From Octopus sinensis (lineage: Eukaryota): a DNA stretch of 64,000 nt. The DNA is taken from NCBI RefSeq assembly GCF_006345805.1, contig NC_043008.1:6014001-6078000 (forward strand), in the 5' to 3' direction. The notes beneath the pieces were generated by a model. It was not told the origin of the DNA and searched no databases. It saw nothing but the letters and a program-made list of their open reading frames with translations. Of this stretch, positions 25,830 to 39,759 are shown in pieces. Position 1 is the stretch's first letter. Every line of letters begins with the position of its first letter. A program made the position numbers and the translations under genes.

Positions 25830-26240
25830 TCCAGCAAAGAGTCCACTTAACTTATCATGACGCTCTCCCCATCACTCTTTCTCGCTCTCTGGCGCATGAC
25901 TCACCTGCTTTCTATTCCCTCTGCACCACCCTCCTCACCCTCTTTATTATTGTGGGTGGACCATTTACACTCAGGTCACTCTACTTCCACCCTACCCATC
26001 ATCCACCCATATTTCACTAGTATTTCTTGCCTTCCACATATTCTGGGGCTCTGCCATAACTCTGTCCTTATTCTTCTCACCCCTGCTATTTCAGAATACA
26101 CTGGCCACCCCTATCACTCATCCAATTGTCACATCGCACCCTCATTCATACCATTTAAACCCCTGTCACTCATGCGTCTGATGAGTGAGTAGGACATAGG
26201 GTTGCGATGTCTCTTTACTCATGATAAAGACAGATTTTCA
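25830..26240 (+). mobile_element. Probable Penelope-type 3' region with a relic hammerhead
   Basis: Pyrimidine-rich segment ending CTGATGA-long stem II-GATA (26178-26226). Confidence 0.4.
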
Positions 26241-26389
26241 CCAATTCTCATCTATTTCCAAACAAATTAATATTTTCACAAGGCCAGACATGTTTTGACA
26301 AAAATAATATTTAAGAAAAAGAGACACAATTCTCCCCACTGCACACATACATATATACATCTGTGTGTGTGTGTGGGGGGGGTTTAAGG

Positions 26390-26555
26390 GTTATGGACTT
26401 CTTTCAGTTTCTCCCTATCAAATCCATTTACAAAACTTTGGTTGGCTCGAAGCTAGAGTAGAAGACACTTGGCCAAAGTACCAAGCAGTGGGATTGAACC
26501 CTCACCATGTATGTAACTGGAAAGCAAACTGCCCAACTACTTAGCCACGCCTGCG
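26390..26555 (-). mobile_element. SINE S1 5' part, diverged
   Basis: cttctttcagttt..aaatccattt..gaagacactt..ttagccacgcctgcgc. Confidence 0.7.
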
Positions 26556-26619
26556 CTTATATCATAGACTCTTTCGTATACGACAGATGAAGGATGATTA
26601 GTTTACTGTGATTAAATGA

Positions 26620-26830
26620 TTGTGTTTGTGCATCAGTTCATCAGTCCCTCAAACAAATTGATATTACCTGGACAGGTGTGCAGAGTGGTACGTGTCAGAT
26701 ATTGGAAGGATAACACAGCAACGTCAAATGAAGTGCATTGCTCAAGAAAACAATTCACGTCTTGGTCTGGGAAATGCAGCCACAATCTTGTGATTGAGAG
26801 TGCAATGCCCTAACCATTAGGCCATGTGCC
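26620..26830 (-). mobile_element. SINE S4/S5-type, diverged
   Basis: gtgcattgctcaagaaaacaat..ccctaaccattaggccatgtgcct is a reversed tRNA-type head. Confidence 0.55.
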
Positions 26831-26879
26831 TATATGTGTTTGTGTATGCATGTGTATATATATGAATATATATATGTAT

Positions 26880-27108
26880 TTCTTTACTACCCACAAAGGG
26901 CTAAACACAGAAAAGCCAAACAAGGACAGACAAACGGATTAAGTTGATTACATCGATCCCAGTGCATAACTGGTACTTAATTTATCGACCCCGAAAGGAT
27001 GAAAGGCAAAGTTGACCTTGGCAGAATTTGAACTCAGAACATAATGGCAGACGAAATATGACTAGACATTTCGCCCGGCGTGCTAACGTTTCTGCCAGTT
27101 CGCCGCCT
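26880..27108 (-). mobile_element. SINE S2, full length
   Basis: Near-identical to 12826-13053. Confidence 0.9.
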
Positions 27109-27154
27109 TATGTGTGTATATATATATATGTGTGTATATATACATATATATATG

Positions 27155-27187
<33 letters not shown>

Positions 27188-27282
27188 ATATACTTATATA
27201 TCTATATGTCTGTGTATGTGTATATATATGAATATATATGTGAATATATATATGTGTACATATATATATATGTATGTATATA

Positions 27283-27324
<42 letters not shown>

Positions 27325-27689
27325 TATAATGTATATATATATGTATGTGTATATACAAAACTTTCATTAAAATTTACAGCCCAAAAAATCTGTTCCGCGT
27401 TAGATATCAATACAGGTGCATTGAACTAGAATAAATCTAAACTTGTATAATTTTTGTAACCAAAAAGTAATTGATGCTTAAAATTTGGCACAAGTATCAT
27501 TTTGCTATAACATTTTTTTTTTTAAATGATAAACATAAGAATATAAAAAAAGAGGATGAAATAAAAATAATTTGTTAAATATAAGAAAATCAAATCAATA
27601 TAAACAAACTTTTATCAGAAAGCAATAAATAAAACGAAATTATAAAAGTAGAAAAAGAAATAATAATAATAATAATGGTAATAATAATG

Positions 27690-27721
<32 letters not shown>

Positions 27722-28076
27722 CAAAAGCAGGGTTTGAGGGTATTCATTGCATACTCAAATACATAGTTTTGAAATTTTGATATCATGTGAAGCATCTGCA
27801 GATAAGTGTGTAGAATATTTGCTACCTTTTTTTGTTACTTAGATATTAGACTAACATCTTCAAGGATTGCATTTCTTTTAGCTCTGATGAGTGCCAGCTA
27901 ACATTTGTGTTATTGCATTGAAGGTTTATAATTGTATTCATCATACACACCTACGTATCAATTATATTCTACACGCTTGTAACATCTGGCTGAAGTGAGC
28001 ACTTAAGCCTTTGTATAATAAAACAAATGATAGTTTGTGTGTGTGTGTGCATATATGTATATACATATGTATATAT

Positions 28077-28109
<33 letters not shown>

Positions 28110-28924
28110 AATACACACACACACGCATACATTTGTATATCTGTCTATATATAGGAAATGCAAACAATGCTGAGACTTATGTATATGCAGATAAAATTTA
28201 TGTAGCGTTTATGATGAAAGTTATTCTTTATAAAGCTATATGAAGCGTTTCCTAATTAAAAACAATTAAAGTCAATTAAATTCATTTTATATTCACTTCA
28301 TATTATGTAAATCTCTGTCTCTTTCTCTGTGTGTGCATGTATGTGTATTTAGGTATATATATATGTATATATATATGTGTGTGTATGTATATATATCTCT
28401 GTATATGTTTGCACATATGTATATTCACATGCACACATACACAAGAAAAGTGGACAGATGTATGTAATTCCATGACAGCTTAGATTCCAATGAAAATTTG
28501 TGATTTCATTCATTTATTTTGAATTTCTCTCATTAGAAATTGGTTTTAAAAACCAACTTGCTAGTGGCTAGTTTTATCAACTACAAGGCTGGAAGAGATA
28601 TAAAAATAGTCCTTCTTCAGCATTACAAGCCATATTGCTTTTAATATTCAAATAAGGACTAAATAAATAGTTCCAATACCTTCTTTTGTTAACAAGAAAA
28701 TTCCTTATTTCATATTCTTGCTTCAAAAATAGCAGGGATTTTCTGAATTACTTTAAAATGATTTTGTTGTGGTAAAAATTGTGATCATTCACTCATCTCA
28801 TTGAATTAATTTATTCAAATTTATTATTTTTTTTGTATGAAAATTTAAATTTGTGGCCAATGATAAATCTTGTTGGTTAGTGGTTCTATTTTTGTTGATT
28901 TGAAGTAGCAAATACAATACTCAC

Positions 28925-28972
28925 CTCCATCGTTGTGCCTTCTTCTAACAGACGCGCTCGTGTTATCAATAG
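28925..28972 (-). CDS. Candidate 48-nt exon
   Basis: Acceptor ctttcttttttcttcaattttccag| and donor GAG|gtgagt; open frames LLITRARLLEEGTTME (phase 0) or IDNTSASVRRRHNDG (phase 1); CpG-rich relative to flanks. Confidence 0.55.
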
Positions 28973-30659
28973 CTGGAAAATTGAAGAAAAAAGAAAGGTA
29001 ACAGAAATATATATATAAAAAATAATAAATAAATATAAATAAAAATAAAAAGTGTCTTTGTTTTGATTTTTAATTTTGTGATTTTGTAAAAGTTCATTTT
29101 TTTTATAATGTGATATATAAATAAATAATTCACTAAAAAAAGTAAAGCAAATATTTTCTGTGTTCATCTGTCCATCAATAAAAGCAAAGTTGCACAGATC
29201 TTAAAGAAAATGTTTCACATTTGAATTAGAAATTACCAAATCAATGGTTTTCTTTCAAAAACTCTCATATCTTCATATTATTTTGTTTCTCTATAAGTTT
29301 TAAAAAACTGAAGAAAACATTTGTGATAGTCTATTTTCTTTTTCATAATATATTTTTTTAAAGTTTCAGAAATTGTTTTATATTTAGCTGTAATTTCCAT
29401 GATTTTTTTCTTCTTCTTTTGCTAATAACTTACATATTTTATGATGAAACGAGCATCTAATTTCAAGTGATTGAGCAATTCTCTTGTAGATGCAGGTAAG
29501 TGCCAATTTAAGAGAAAATATAGGCAAAAGATTAATAAAACTAATATTACTGAACAAAGAATAAAACTGAATAATGGTGATGCTACCCTGTGGATCTGTG
29601 CAACTCTGTTGATGGGAACAAACCAGAGAGTGTAGAAAATATAGATTGCAACATTATGTAATAGCAATGGTACTTTATCGTTACGATGATGCTCATATGG
29701 AAAACCGTTCCTGGCCATGTTTAATATTAAATAGGATTACCATTTTAGTGAAGAAATTGTATGAGACAAAATTGTAAATGGGAACCATTTAGGATGAATA
29801 TTTAGCCATCAGATTACAAGAAATCAAAAATCAACAGTTTCCATATGAGACATCTAGGATTACCATTGCAAACATTTACAAAAGAAAAAAACGGGTGCAA
29901 AAACTGTTTTTAAAAATTATTATTTGCTTTGTGTTGTTCATGGAGGTTATGACTTTGGTACAAAGAATGAGAAAGGTTTAAAGATCTTTTGGAGTTCTGT
30001 GATGCAACTGATCTAACAAACCAACCAATCAGTTGCTTCTTCACCTACAGATTCGGCAAACACACACGAGTCAGATCAATTCTATCATCACCAAGAAATA
30101 CAAAAGGCAGACTATTGTAAATATAAAAGACTTTTCTAGCAAAGAATGCACTACCAAACATAGATTAGAGATTTAGAATTAGGGAGAGTCAGGGGCAGTA
30201 GACAACATGGAGAAGGAAGACATGGAAAATAAGACAACCTGTGCTTGGCCGTAGGGTTACAGAAATTCTACATGATGTATGTGATTGTAGGAAGGAGGAA
30301 TTAGAAACTTGTAGCCTAGTTGCTAACACAGAGTTCCTATAAGCTAACCTAGTGAGGGCTACAGATCAGATAGATGTGGCTTGTGCTAGATCTCAGCCAA
30401 ACCAAAGACATGGGAGATAGATCTTTAAAAGCTAAGAGATTGGCGTGGAAAACTCGCAACATGGAAGTAGTGGACATTACCAAGTAGCTAAAATTGAAGT
30501 CAGGCATCACATATAATTAGCGAAGGGTCAAAGAGAATGAGATTTACACATGTTCTGCTATGTAAGGATCGGAGTCATGTGATGTTCAAAGTTACAAGAT
30601 AAGGTGTTTGAGAGAAACCAAGATATCGCTAGAAAGAAGTGTATTTGAAATAATCAAGA

Positions 30660-32370
30660 CACAGCTGCCATTACTGTGGAAGTGCTACTATGAGATGTTG
30701 TTGAATGAGAAGAATGTATGGAATAAAACCCATCAGTGGGTCCAGAGTTGACAGCAGTGTGGTGGATAGGAGCAGCTTAGGATAGGAAAGTAGGGAAAAC
30801 AGCTGATCTGTCTGGTGGTGTTGTGAAGATGCTCTTAATGTCTGGAGATGTAGGATACACAATAGTCACCAGAATAGTTAATCAAGCAGTGCAGGAAGAT
30901 GTTACAACCAATATTTGGCATGGCAGCATCTTATAAACTGTTGCATGGACAAAGAAGATGCATAAGAGGGAAGAATTTACAGTAGTAACATATTGCTGGA
31001 TCAGGCTTTGAATGTCACAGAATGAGTCCTAACACAATTAATCAGGAACAGAGTTAACTTCAATGGAATGCAACTTGGCATTATGCCAGAAATATGTACA
31101 AGAGATGCAATCCTCTTAGGGAAGATACCTGCAGGAAAAATACTTAGATAAGAGCTAACCATAATATTTGGCCATTGTTGAATTGGAAAAGAGTGCTATG
31201 TTCTCTAATCCATTTGTCACAAAGGAAACTAGATGTTGATGGACAGTTTGTAAAGGCTGTACAAGTTATGTAAAAAATATTCTGCAAGTAAAATGGAAGT
31301 CAAGAATGAGTTCAGTGAAAAATTTAATGTGAAGAAAGTGTCCAGCAAGGCTCAGTTCTCAGCCTCTTCCTAATCAACATTGTCTTAAAGGCCATCACAG
31401 AAGAGTTTGAGTGCCCTTAGGAAATCTGGTATGCTGATAATCTAGTTCGTATAGTTTAATCTATAGAGGAATTAGAGAAGAAATTCCAGATATGGAAGCA
31501 AAACCTAGAATTGAGGAACCTCAAGGTAAAATTAACAAAATGTTAGTAAGTGGGAAAGAAAACAGGATACTACAATTTCCAGGAAAATGGGATTGCTCAA
31601 AATGCAGAAAAGGAATAGGTAGGGACTCCATATGGTGTACCAACTTTAAGCTATGGATACACAAAATGCGTAGTGGAACTGTAGACAGGCTAACAATGAA
31701 GACAATCTTTAAATCTGGTAGATGCACCAGAATACTAAGTACTGAAGAGCACAACAAAAATAAACTCTCATAAATGCATGACTGGTTCACTTGAAGTAGT
31801 GGACAGCTTTGGTTACCTGGGTGACATAATTAGCAGAGGAGGTGGTTGTTCAGAAAGAATGATAACAAGGGTAAGAAAGGGGTTGGAAAGCATTCGATGA
31901 TCCATTAACATTGCTGTCAACAAAGGTTTTCTCCCTCAGAATGAAGGGCAGATTATATGACACTTATGTGAAAAATGCAGTGCTGTATGGTAATGAGATG
32001 CGGGCTTTGAATGCAGAAGACTTGCAGAGGCTGGAATGAAAAGAAACCAGCAGGTTCAAATGGGAGTAGGGTGTTAATGGTAATATACAAATGTGTTGAA
32101 AAAAAAAAAAATAGGTGGAAAAGAAACCAGGTGTTATGTACAGGAGAGAAGGCTGTACTAGCATGGGGGCTCAGGATGCATATTGAGGAATGACCACTTC
32201 ATAAAGAAATGATGAGAACTCCAACCTAATGGAGCCCATGCAAGAGTGATACCAAAGAAAACTTGAGCAGAGGTGATGAAGCTGATCTAAAGATGCTGTA
32301 TCTCATGGAGGAGATGACCAAAAGACTGTCTAGATTAGTGACATGATGTTGCTGAAGACCTGAAATATCC
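30660..32370 (+). mobile_element. Decayed RTE-clade LINE ORF2
   Basis: Fragments YADNLV, DSFGYLGDIISRGGGCSE and AVLYGNEMRALNAEDLQRLE; many stops. Confidence 0.8.
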
Positions 32371-32709
32371 TCAAGGTAAGGTTTAGGGACCGAGATATTT
32401 TGTACTCCATCAAGTACACATCATACATCTTGCTTAACACTACACCACATTAAACCTTTCATATTATCTGAACAAACCCATCAGCCTCTCCTCCATTTGG
32501 TCACATTCTTTCCTCCACTAGATCTATGCATAAAAGCCTTCAATGGCCCACCTCTTGACTGCATCAGTCCATTCTCATCCTTTCACCAGACTTATGTTTA
32601 AAAGACTGAAGTGCATTGGTTGCATGCTGCTAGAATTCTTTCTTTCTAGTCTGTCTTCTTCACCTTTTTTTATCCATTACATACATACATACATACATAC
32701 ATACAAAAA

Positions 32710-33060
32710 AATACATACATGCATACAACTGGTACTCCGTCGGTTACAATGATGATAAGGGTTCTAGTTGATCCGATCAATGGAACAGCCTGCTCATGAA
32801 ATTCACATGCAAGTGGCTGAGCGCTCCACAAACACGTGTGCCCTTAACATAGTTCTCAGGGAGATTCAGTGTGACACAGAGAGTGACAAGGCTGGCCCCT
32901 TTGAATTACTGGTACAACTCATGTTTGCCAGCTGAGTGGACTGAAGCAACATGAAATAAAGTGTCTTGCTCAAGGACACAATGTATCAGCAAGTATTGAA
33001 TTAACAACCTTATGAGTGTGAGCCAAATACCCTAACCACTATGCCATGCACCTTCAGACA
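32710..33060 (-). mobile_element. SINE S5
   Basis: Shares actccgtcggttac..acagcctgctc.tgaaatt with 19750-20137. Confidence 0.85.
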
Positions 33061-33532
33061 CACATATACATATATATAAATACATAACAGAATTAAATTC
33101 AGTGACATTGGCATAAGGAGACCATTCACCTTTCTGTAAATATATATTACATCCTAGAACTTTTGCCATTCTTTGGACATGCCTTCTTTAGACAAAGGCA
33201 AAGTGGCACCATTTTATAGAATATCACTGCAGTAATGAAGTGTTGAAAAATCACAGAAACTCTGCTACAGGGATTACTATTTATATACATCATGACTAGA
33301 CAAGATGTAGGGGTCAGCTTTGGTAGGCCACACAACTATGACATGAAATTCCAGTGTAACTTTCACTGAAACAAAATTTGTATTAATTTTATAAGCAGGT
33401 TAGGAAAGATCCCTCGATAATTTGCATGTAAAGGGTATAGAGTTCCTAAGATCTGAAATATACTCCAAAGTCACTGACAAAAACCTGTGATAATAGCAAA
33501 CCTTCATTGAAAAAGAGATTTGCTGCTCTCAC

Positions 33533-33590
33533 CACAGACCATTAGAATCACACAGCAAATATGACCAGAACGAGACCAGTGAATTCTTCC
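33533..33590 (-). CDS. Candidate 58-nt exon
   Basis: Acceptor tttgtttatgatcttctcag| and donor GTG|gtgaga; phase-0 frame GRIHWSRSGHICCVILMVC. Confidence 0.35.
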
Positions 33591-33697
33591 CTGAGAAGAT
33601 CATAAACAAAATGGACCACAACCAACATAATAAATGTAAAACTGAGATGAATGTGTCACCATTACAAGAGTGAGCAGTATCATGAACTAACAAATGT

Positions 33698-33728
<31 letters not shown>

Positions 33729-34086
33729 GCATTTGACTCTGTTCCCGCAAATGTTTGCTAAAGTCCTTGCACTCGGCAAAAGTACCTACTACCTTAGCCA
33801 CTGTCACAAGACGTTCAGAAAGATTTGGGCAACAATCTTCACACAACTTAGAGTGGAATGATCGTATCTGAAGTTGTAAATATTTTAAAAGGAATGTTCA
33901 AAAAGAGATGGTATTTCTGTATTTTGTTTTATTTTGGCATTAAATCCATTATTTTTTTCAACAAAACTCCAATGGCTACATGCTAGGGATTGCAACTGCT
34001 AGAGTGACCAATGTAGCTAAGAATTTCTTTGTGGATGACTTAATGATCTACGCTAAAAATGTTTACAATATAAAAAAAACAAAACA

Positions 34087-34551
34087 ATTATTTACATTAT
34101 TTACATTTGATGGATATTTGTCCTCATCTTGCTTGTTGTTAACACAACGTTTCCGCTGATATACTTTCCAGCCTTCATCAGGTGTCTTGGGGAAATTTCG
34201 AACTTGGGTTCTCATTCCTAAGGTATTTTTCAATACTATTATTATTATTATCATTATTATTATTATTCTGCCTGGAATCGAACTCAGAATCTTGGGGTTA
34301 GTAGCCTGCGCTCTTAGCCACTACGCCATATGCCTGTGACCTGAATAATAATAATAACAATAATAACAATAATAATAACATCGATAAATTCCTTAGGAAT
34401 GAGAACACAGGTTTGAAATTTCCCCAAGACACCTTATGAAGGCTGGAGGGTATATCAGCCGAAACATTGTGTTAACAACAAACAAGATGAGGACAAATGT
34501 CCATCAAATGTAAATAATGTACTTAATTCCTCATCTCTTAAATATGGAACT
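34087..34551 (-). mobile_element. P1 element copy C
   Basis: Full unit on the minus strand (34087-34334); inverted partner 34335-34551 starts at gtgacctgaataat and carries the extra tail. Confidence 0.9.
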
Positions 34552-34574
34552 GTATTATAAAAAACAAAACAAAA

Positions 34575-36150
34575 ACAAAGAAAAAAAGAAACACCTGGAG
34601 TTAGTAACAATATTTTCAGCCAATATAGGAATGGAATTTGGCCAAAATACCTGTTTGTGTTTGATTATTGAATGTGGGAAATCAGTCCCCCAAACCAGAA
34701 CCTGGGCATCAATGACCTCCCTATCTCTCTCGTTCCACACAAAGGATGCTACAAATATCTAGGCATTGATGGAAAACATGCACAAAATTGCTGTGAATAG
34801 AAACTGAGTGACCTGAGAATATTACAACAGATTTAGAAAACTATTTCAGTCAGAATTCTCCTCTTACAATAAGACAATATCCCACAATGCATTTCCAATA
34901 CCAGTGCTGATACAAACATAGACTACACACAGGATCCTGACCTCATCTGGAAACTTCCACAGAAACAATGATATCAATATTGTAAATGGACTACAGGTGC
35001 CTGCCTTATAGTCACTCTCAGGGGGCACCTGCTAAAGAATGGCAGCGAAAATAAATATATAAACCCAGAACTAAAAAGGGAAGTGAACAACATCCTGTGC
35101 ATCAGCAGTGAATTCCTCAGGAAGTATTCTCTTCCTGACGACCTCCCATGCAATCCTAAAACAGCTAGACTAACCTCGATGAAGGCCTGGATATCAAATG
35201 CTCACCATACCAAAAGATGACTATGCATGGGTATGTTTTCCAAAGACTTGAGAACAATACTAATATTGACGTGAGGTGCTGGTTTTCTTGGATATGCAGC
35301 TGCTCTCACATCACACTTCAAAGGGGATGCATTTGCAACCCAAGAACAAGAGATTGCTACTAAATACTTAATGAACAAAAGACAGTGAAGCCCACACAGC
35401 CCCAAGATACAATCGATAAAGTAAATTAAGTCATATTTTTGTGGAAGACATCAACACCTGCACAAAAATGTCATGAAGGTATTCTCTATGCGACATGATG
35501 TTTTCACTAAAATAATATTACAAAACCAACCAAAAAACGACTGTTCTGGGATAAAAACAGAGAATCGGCCCGGCACGTAAAAAGCGCCAACCGATCATGG
35601 CCTCTGCCAGCTTCCCCTGGCACCTGTGCCAGTGGCATGTAAAAAGCACCCACTACACTCACAGAGTGGTTGGCGTTAGGAAGGGCATCCAGCTGTAGAA
35701 ACACTGCCAGATCAGACTGGAGCCTGGTGCAGCCTCCTGGCTTCCCAGACCCCAGTCAAACCGTCCAACCCGTGCTAGCACGGAAAACGGACGTTAAACG
35801 ATGATGATGATGATGATACACAAACTTCAATACGAGGAATATTGGTGAAACATTTTCATAAAAATTAAAACCAAGTGCAAACATAACAGGGCAGATATCT
35901 TTGTTTGGGACACAGAAAAATTATGTACCATAGTAGAGGTCAGCTGTCTTGCTGGTGTGAATATCACTTCGAAGATCAATCAAAGGGAAAGAAGATAACT
36001 ATGAAGAACTGCTTTGAAACCTTCAGCTTCTACATCCAGATTATAAATTCACATTTATGCCAAAAATAATTGGTGCACATAGTTATGTTAGTAAATGTGT
36101 AAGTGACAATTTGGGAAAATTAGGGTTTCGGGGGAAAAGAAACCAACCGG
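34575..36150 (+). mobile_element. Decayed R4/Dong-like LINE
   Basis: LVTIFSANIGMEFG, QEQEIATKYL and DIFVWDTEKLCTIVEVSC (RLE-type PD..D region); interrupted by S3. Confidence 0.75.
35570..35815 (+). mobile_element. SINE S3, young
   Basis: Tail gtgctagcacggaaaacggacgttaaacgatgatgatg. Confidence 0.9.
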
Positions 36151-36372
36151 CTAACATGCGTATTACAAATACAGTCTGTAAGTGGAACAATAAAAATATG
36201 CAAGACATTTCTCAATCTCAGGATGTGAATTTGTTTTTGCTACCTACATCCCATACATGAAACTTTGTATCTTTGTGAAAACTCAGCTCCTTCTTTAAAG
36301 GAGGACTTCAAATAATTCAAAATAGAAGAGAACACGTACACACACATATATATGTATATACACACACATTTT

Positions 36373-36406
<34 letters not shown>

Positions 36407-36447
36407 CACACATACATGGTTTATCGTCTTTCAAAAGAAAGTAAGAA

Positions 36448-36795
36448 AATGGAGATATAACATTTAGTAAAATTTTATCTGCAAACAGCTGTTTCAATTA
36501 AGCTTAATAGATTAAATAGCAATTATTAAAATCATTATATTAAGCAAAATCTCTTCAAAGAAGTAGAAAAAAGATATACCATTATGTTTTTAAGCATTGT
36601 ATTTTAGAATCAGCAAATACAACCCTTACAAAACCTAATGGTATATCTTCTTTCTACTTCTTTGAAGAGATTTTGCTTAATATAATGATTTTAATAATTG
36701 CTATTTAATCTATTAGGCTTAATTGAAACAGCTGTAAAGAATTATGTTTGATTTTTGCAGATAATACATTTTTATCAAATCTTATATCTCCATTA
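36448..36795. repeat. AT-rich long inverted repeat (foldback/MITE-like)
   Basis: Core arms 36485-36594 and 36625-36735 are nearly perfect reverse complements. Confidence 0.85.
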
Positions 36796-37244
36796 TTTAC
36801 ACTATTTACATTTGATGGCTATTTGTCCTCATCTTGTTTATTAACACGTTTCGGCTGATATACCTTCCAGACTTCATCAGGTGTCTTAAGGAATTTTCAA
36901 ACCTGGGTTCTCATTTCTAAGGTACTTTTTGAAGTTATTATTATTATTATCATTATTATTATTATTCAGGTCACTACCTGGAATCGAACTCAGAATCTTG
37001 AGGTTAGTAGCCCGTGCTCTTAACCACTATGCCATATGACTTGAATAGTAATAATGATAATACCATCGAAAAATACCTTAGGAATGATAACACAGGCTCA
37101 AAATTTCCCCAAGACACCTGATGAAGGCTGGAGGGTATATCAGCCAAAACGTGTTAACAACAAACAAGACGAGGACAAATATCCGTCAAATGTAAATAAT
37201 GTAAATAATGTACATAATTCCTCATCTCTTAAATATTGGAACTG
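36792..37244 (-). mobile_element. P1 element copy D
   Basis: Full unit on the minus strand to about 37040; inverted partner starts gacttgaatag and carries the extra tail. Confidence 0.9.
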
Positions 37245-39312
37245 TGTTACATCTCCATTTTCTTTGTTTCTTTTGAATGATTATAAACCATGAATTATAT
37301 ATAAACCTATTGTTTTATGAATATTATTATTCACAACAACTATTAGGTCTTAAACCAGTAATTCATTGGATGATAACATCACTTAATGAGACTAATTTAA
37401 CCGCTAATTGAATTTATGTATACATAGACAATTTTATTCTTGTGGGAGAGAGATAGGGTAAAGACCAACTGAGACAATAAACCTGTGTAATACCAATAAG
37501 AGCTGTCTTGGTTCTTGAAGAACTCTCCAACCCAAGCATGAAAGGCAAGTGGACTGACCCAACCTATAACTTGGTTTACCAACTCAATTTACCTCATCAC
37601 CATTTCCTTCCTTCAAACTAATCCCTAATATAACACTACACACTCCGTAAAGTGGTTAAGTTTTTTGGATGGGCATCCAGCAACAGAAGACATGCCAAAT
37701 GGAGACACTGGAGCAAAACGGGGGCCTCTAGCCTGTTGGATACTGTTGCAGTGTCTAACCCATGCCAGCATGGACAATTGATATAAAATGATGAGGATGA
37801 TGATGATGATGATACATGGACATAGATATATACACACACACATTACTTGTAGGTGCAATCTGACTAAATGGCTAAGAATTTTACTTTGCAACTACAAGAA
37901 ACTGGGCCCAATCTAACTGCATGCAGCTTGGTCAAAGCTCATTTCCAAGAGTACAAGTCAATCGGTTTCACTGTGAGTGAAATTGGACAGATGGAAACTA
38001 TACAGAAGCTCATCAGTTGGATGTATCCGTAATTGAAAAGGTACAGGCTTGACAAAAAACAATGTGTCAAACTGATTTGGGCAGTGAATGTGGCTGATTC
38101 TGGTGGTGAATAATGATGGGGCTACACATTTCTGTGGAATGCTCAATCATATTGACGGTAATTCAGGACCAAGAATTCCAGTTGATTGACTAATTGGATC
38201 GTTATTGTCAAATGATGGTGATCCATGACCCCCACCTTCACCACCACTAATACCACATGTATAGATGTTGTTTTCTTTTTCTTGTTTCTTTCTGAGCCAC
38301 AAATTCATGAAGCTATCAGCAAGACTCTTGAAATAAGATGGGTATTTAAAACAGGTAGAGATTAACACTGTTCAGATACAACAACAACACACACACTCAC
38401 ACACACATTATACTTTTATAAGAAGAGGGGTGACAGTGATTTCAAAGTTTTGGCCTGCTATCCTTCACTAGATAGAGGTACACTTGAGTTCTTCTTGGCT
38501 TTGTATAATCTCTGGTAAGTTGTTTTTTCTGGGGTAGGTGGAGCTATATGAAACGATAATTAAGTTTGGGTGCATGTACACCTGAAAAGTAGATGTAAAT
38601 AGCATGATAGGGAAAGGTAGGAGGCAAGTATTTTTATAGGATGAGTGCTGATGGAAAGATATTACTGGGAGATTTTATTGTTTGAAGTGGGAGTTGCATA
38701 ACTGTTCAGAGTTCAGTCAAGCATTAAATAACTTTTTAATCAGACACATTTACTTTAGATGTGTCAGATTCAGACCAGGAGACTTTTAGTATAGAGATTT
38801 GGTTATGGTTGTGTTTTAGGGTTCACAAAGATTGTCAGTAGATGAAAGGTTAGCAGGCCAGCAGATGTCCAACTGAAGTTTGCTTCTGATGTTATTCGAT
38901 ATCTATTTCAAGAATTTAACCTGTGTTTTACGGAAAGTAAAGATTAAAAGAATATGTTACTATAAGTATTTATTAAGGTATTCAATTCATTTTCCACCTT
39001 GGTTATTTGCATTCATAGTTATAATAATATATATATATATATATATATACATATATATAGATGCATATCTTTGTAAATATGATTGTGTATGGAGATATAT
39101 ATATATGGTTAGGCATTTAAATGCTTATATATGTATACTTAAATTTGCATATATGCAGATTGATACATGTTTGTGTGACTCTAAGCATATATATGTATGT
39201 GTGTATGTATATATATATATGCTTATAAATGTACTTGGAAATGGATGCGTGGCATTCGATCATATAATAACATAAATAATATATAAACATATGCATATAT
39301 ACATACTTATAC

Positions 39313-39526
39313 GTACATACCTACATCTATATGTATATATACATGCATATATGGGTACAGGACACCAAAAAAACGTTGAACACAATGAGAAACGAAAACA
39401 TAAAACCAAAAACATGGAAACGAACTTTTTCGTTTTTATGTTTTCATTTCTCATTGTGTTCAACGTTTTTCTGGTGTCCTGTACCCATATATGCATGTAT
39501 ATATACATGTAGATGTAGGTATGTAC
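39313..39526. repeat. Inverted repeat, about 100-bp arms
   Basis: gtacatacctacatc...gggtacaggacacc...aacataaaa / ttttatgttt...gtcctgtaccc...gatgtaggtatgtac. Confidence 0.9.
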
Positions 39527-39759
39527 ATATATGTATGTATATGTGCATATGTTTATGCTTTTAAATGTAAATGTACGTATATTCATTCATACTTGGGTGT
39601 ATGCACACATTCTATAATACTGTATATTTGTATGTTTATATAAGTCAAAAATAATTCATGATGTTTATGGCTGTATAATATTGAAAACAGCTACAAAGAC
39701 AAAAGATGTTTTAGATAGTGGCATCAGACAACTAAATGAGGTTATGAAGGTCATGGAGA

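Noticed and set aside
27880-27935. CTGATGA-GTGC..GCAT-TGAAG
   Set aside because: GAAA and stem I are absent
29422-29718. 98-aa ORF with a hydrophobic stretch and a gtaagt donor near its end
   Set aside because: AT-rich sequence gives hydrophobic translations by default; weak exon-side donor and no recognisable family
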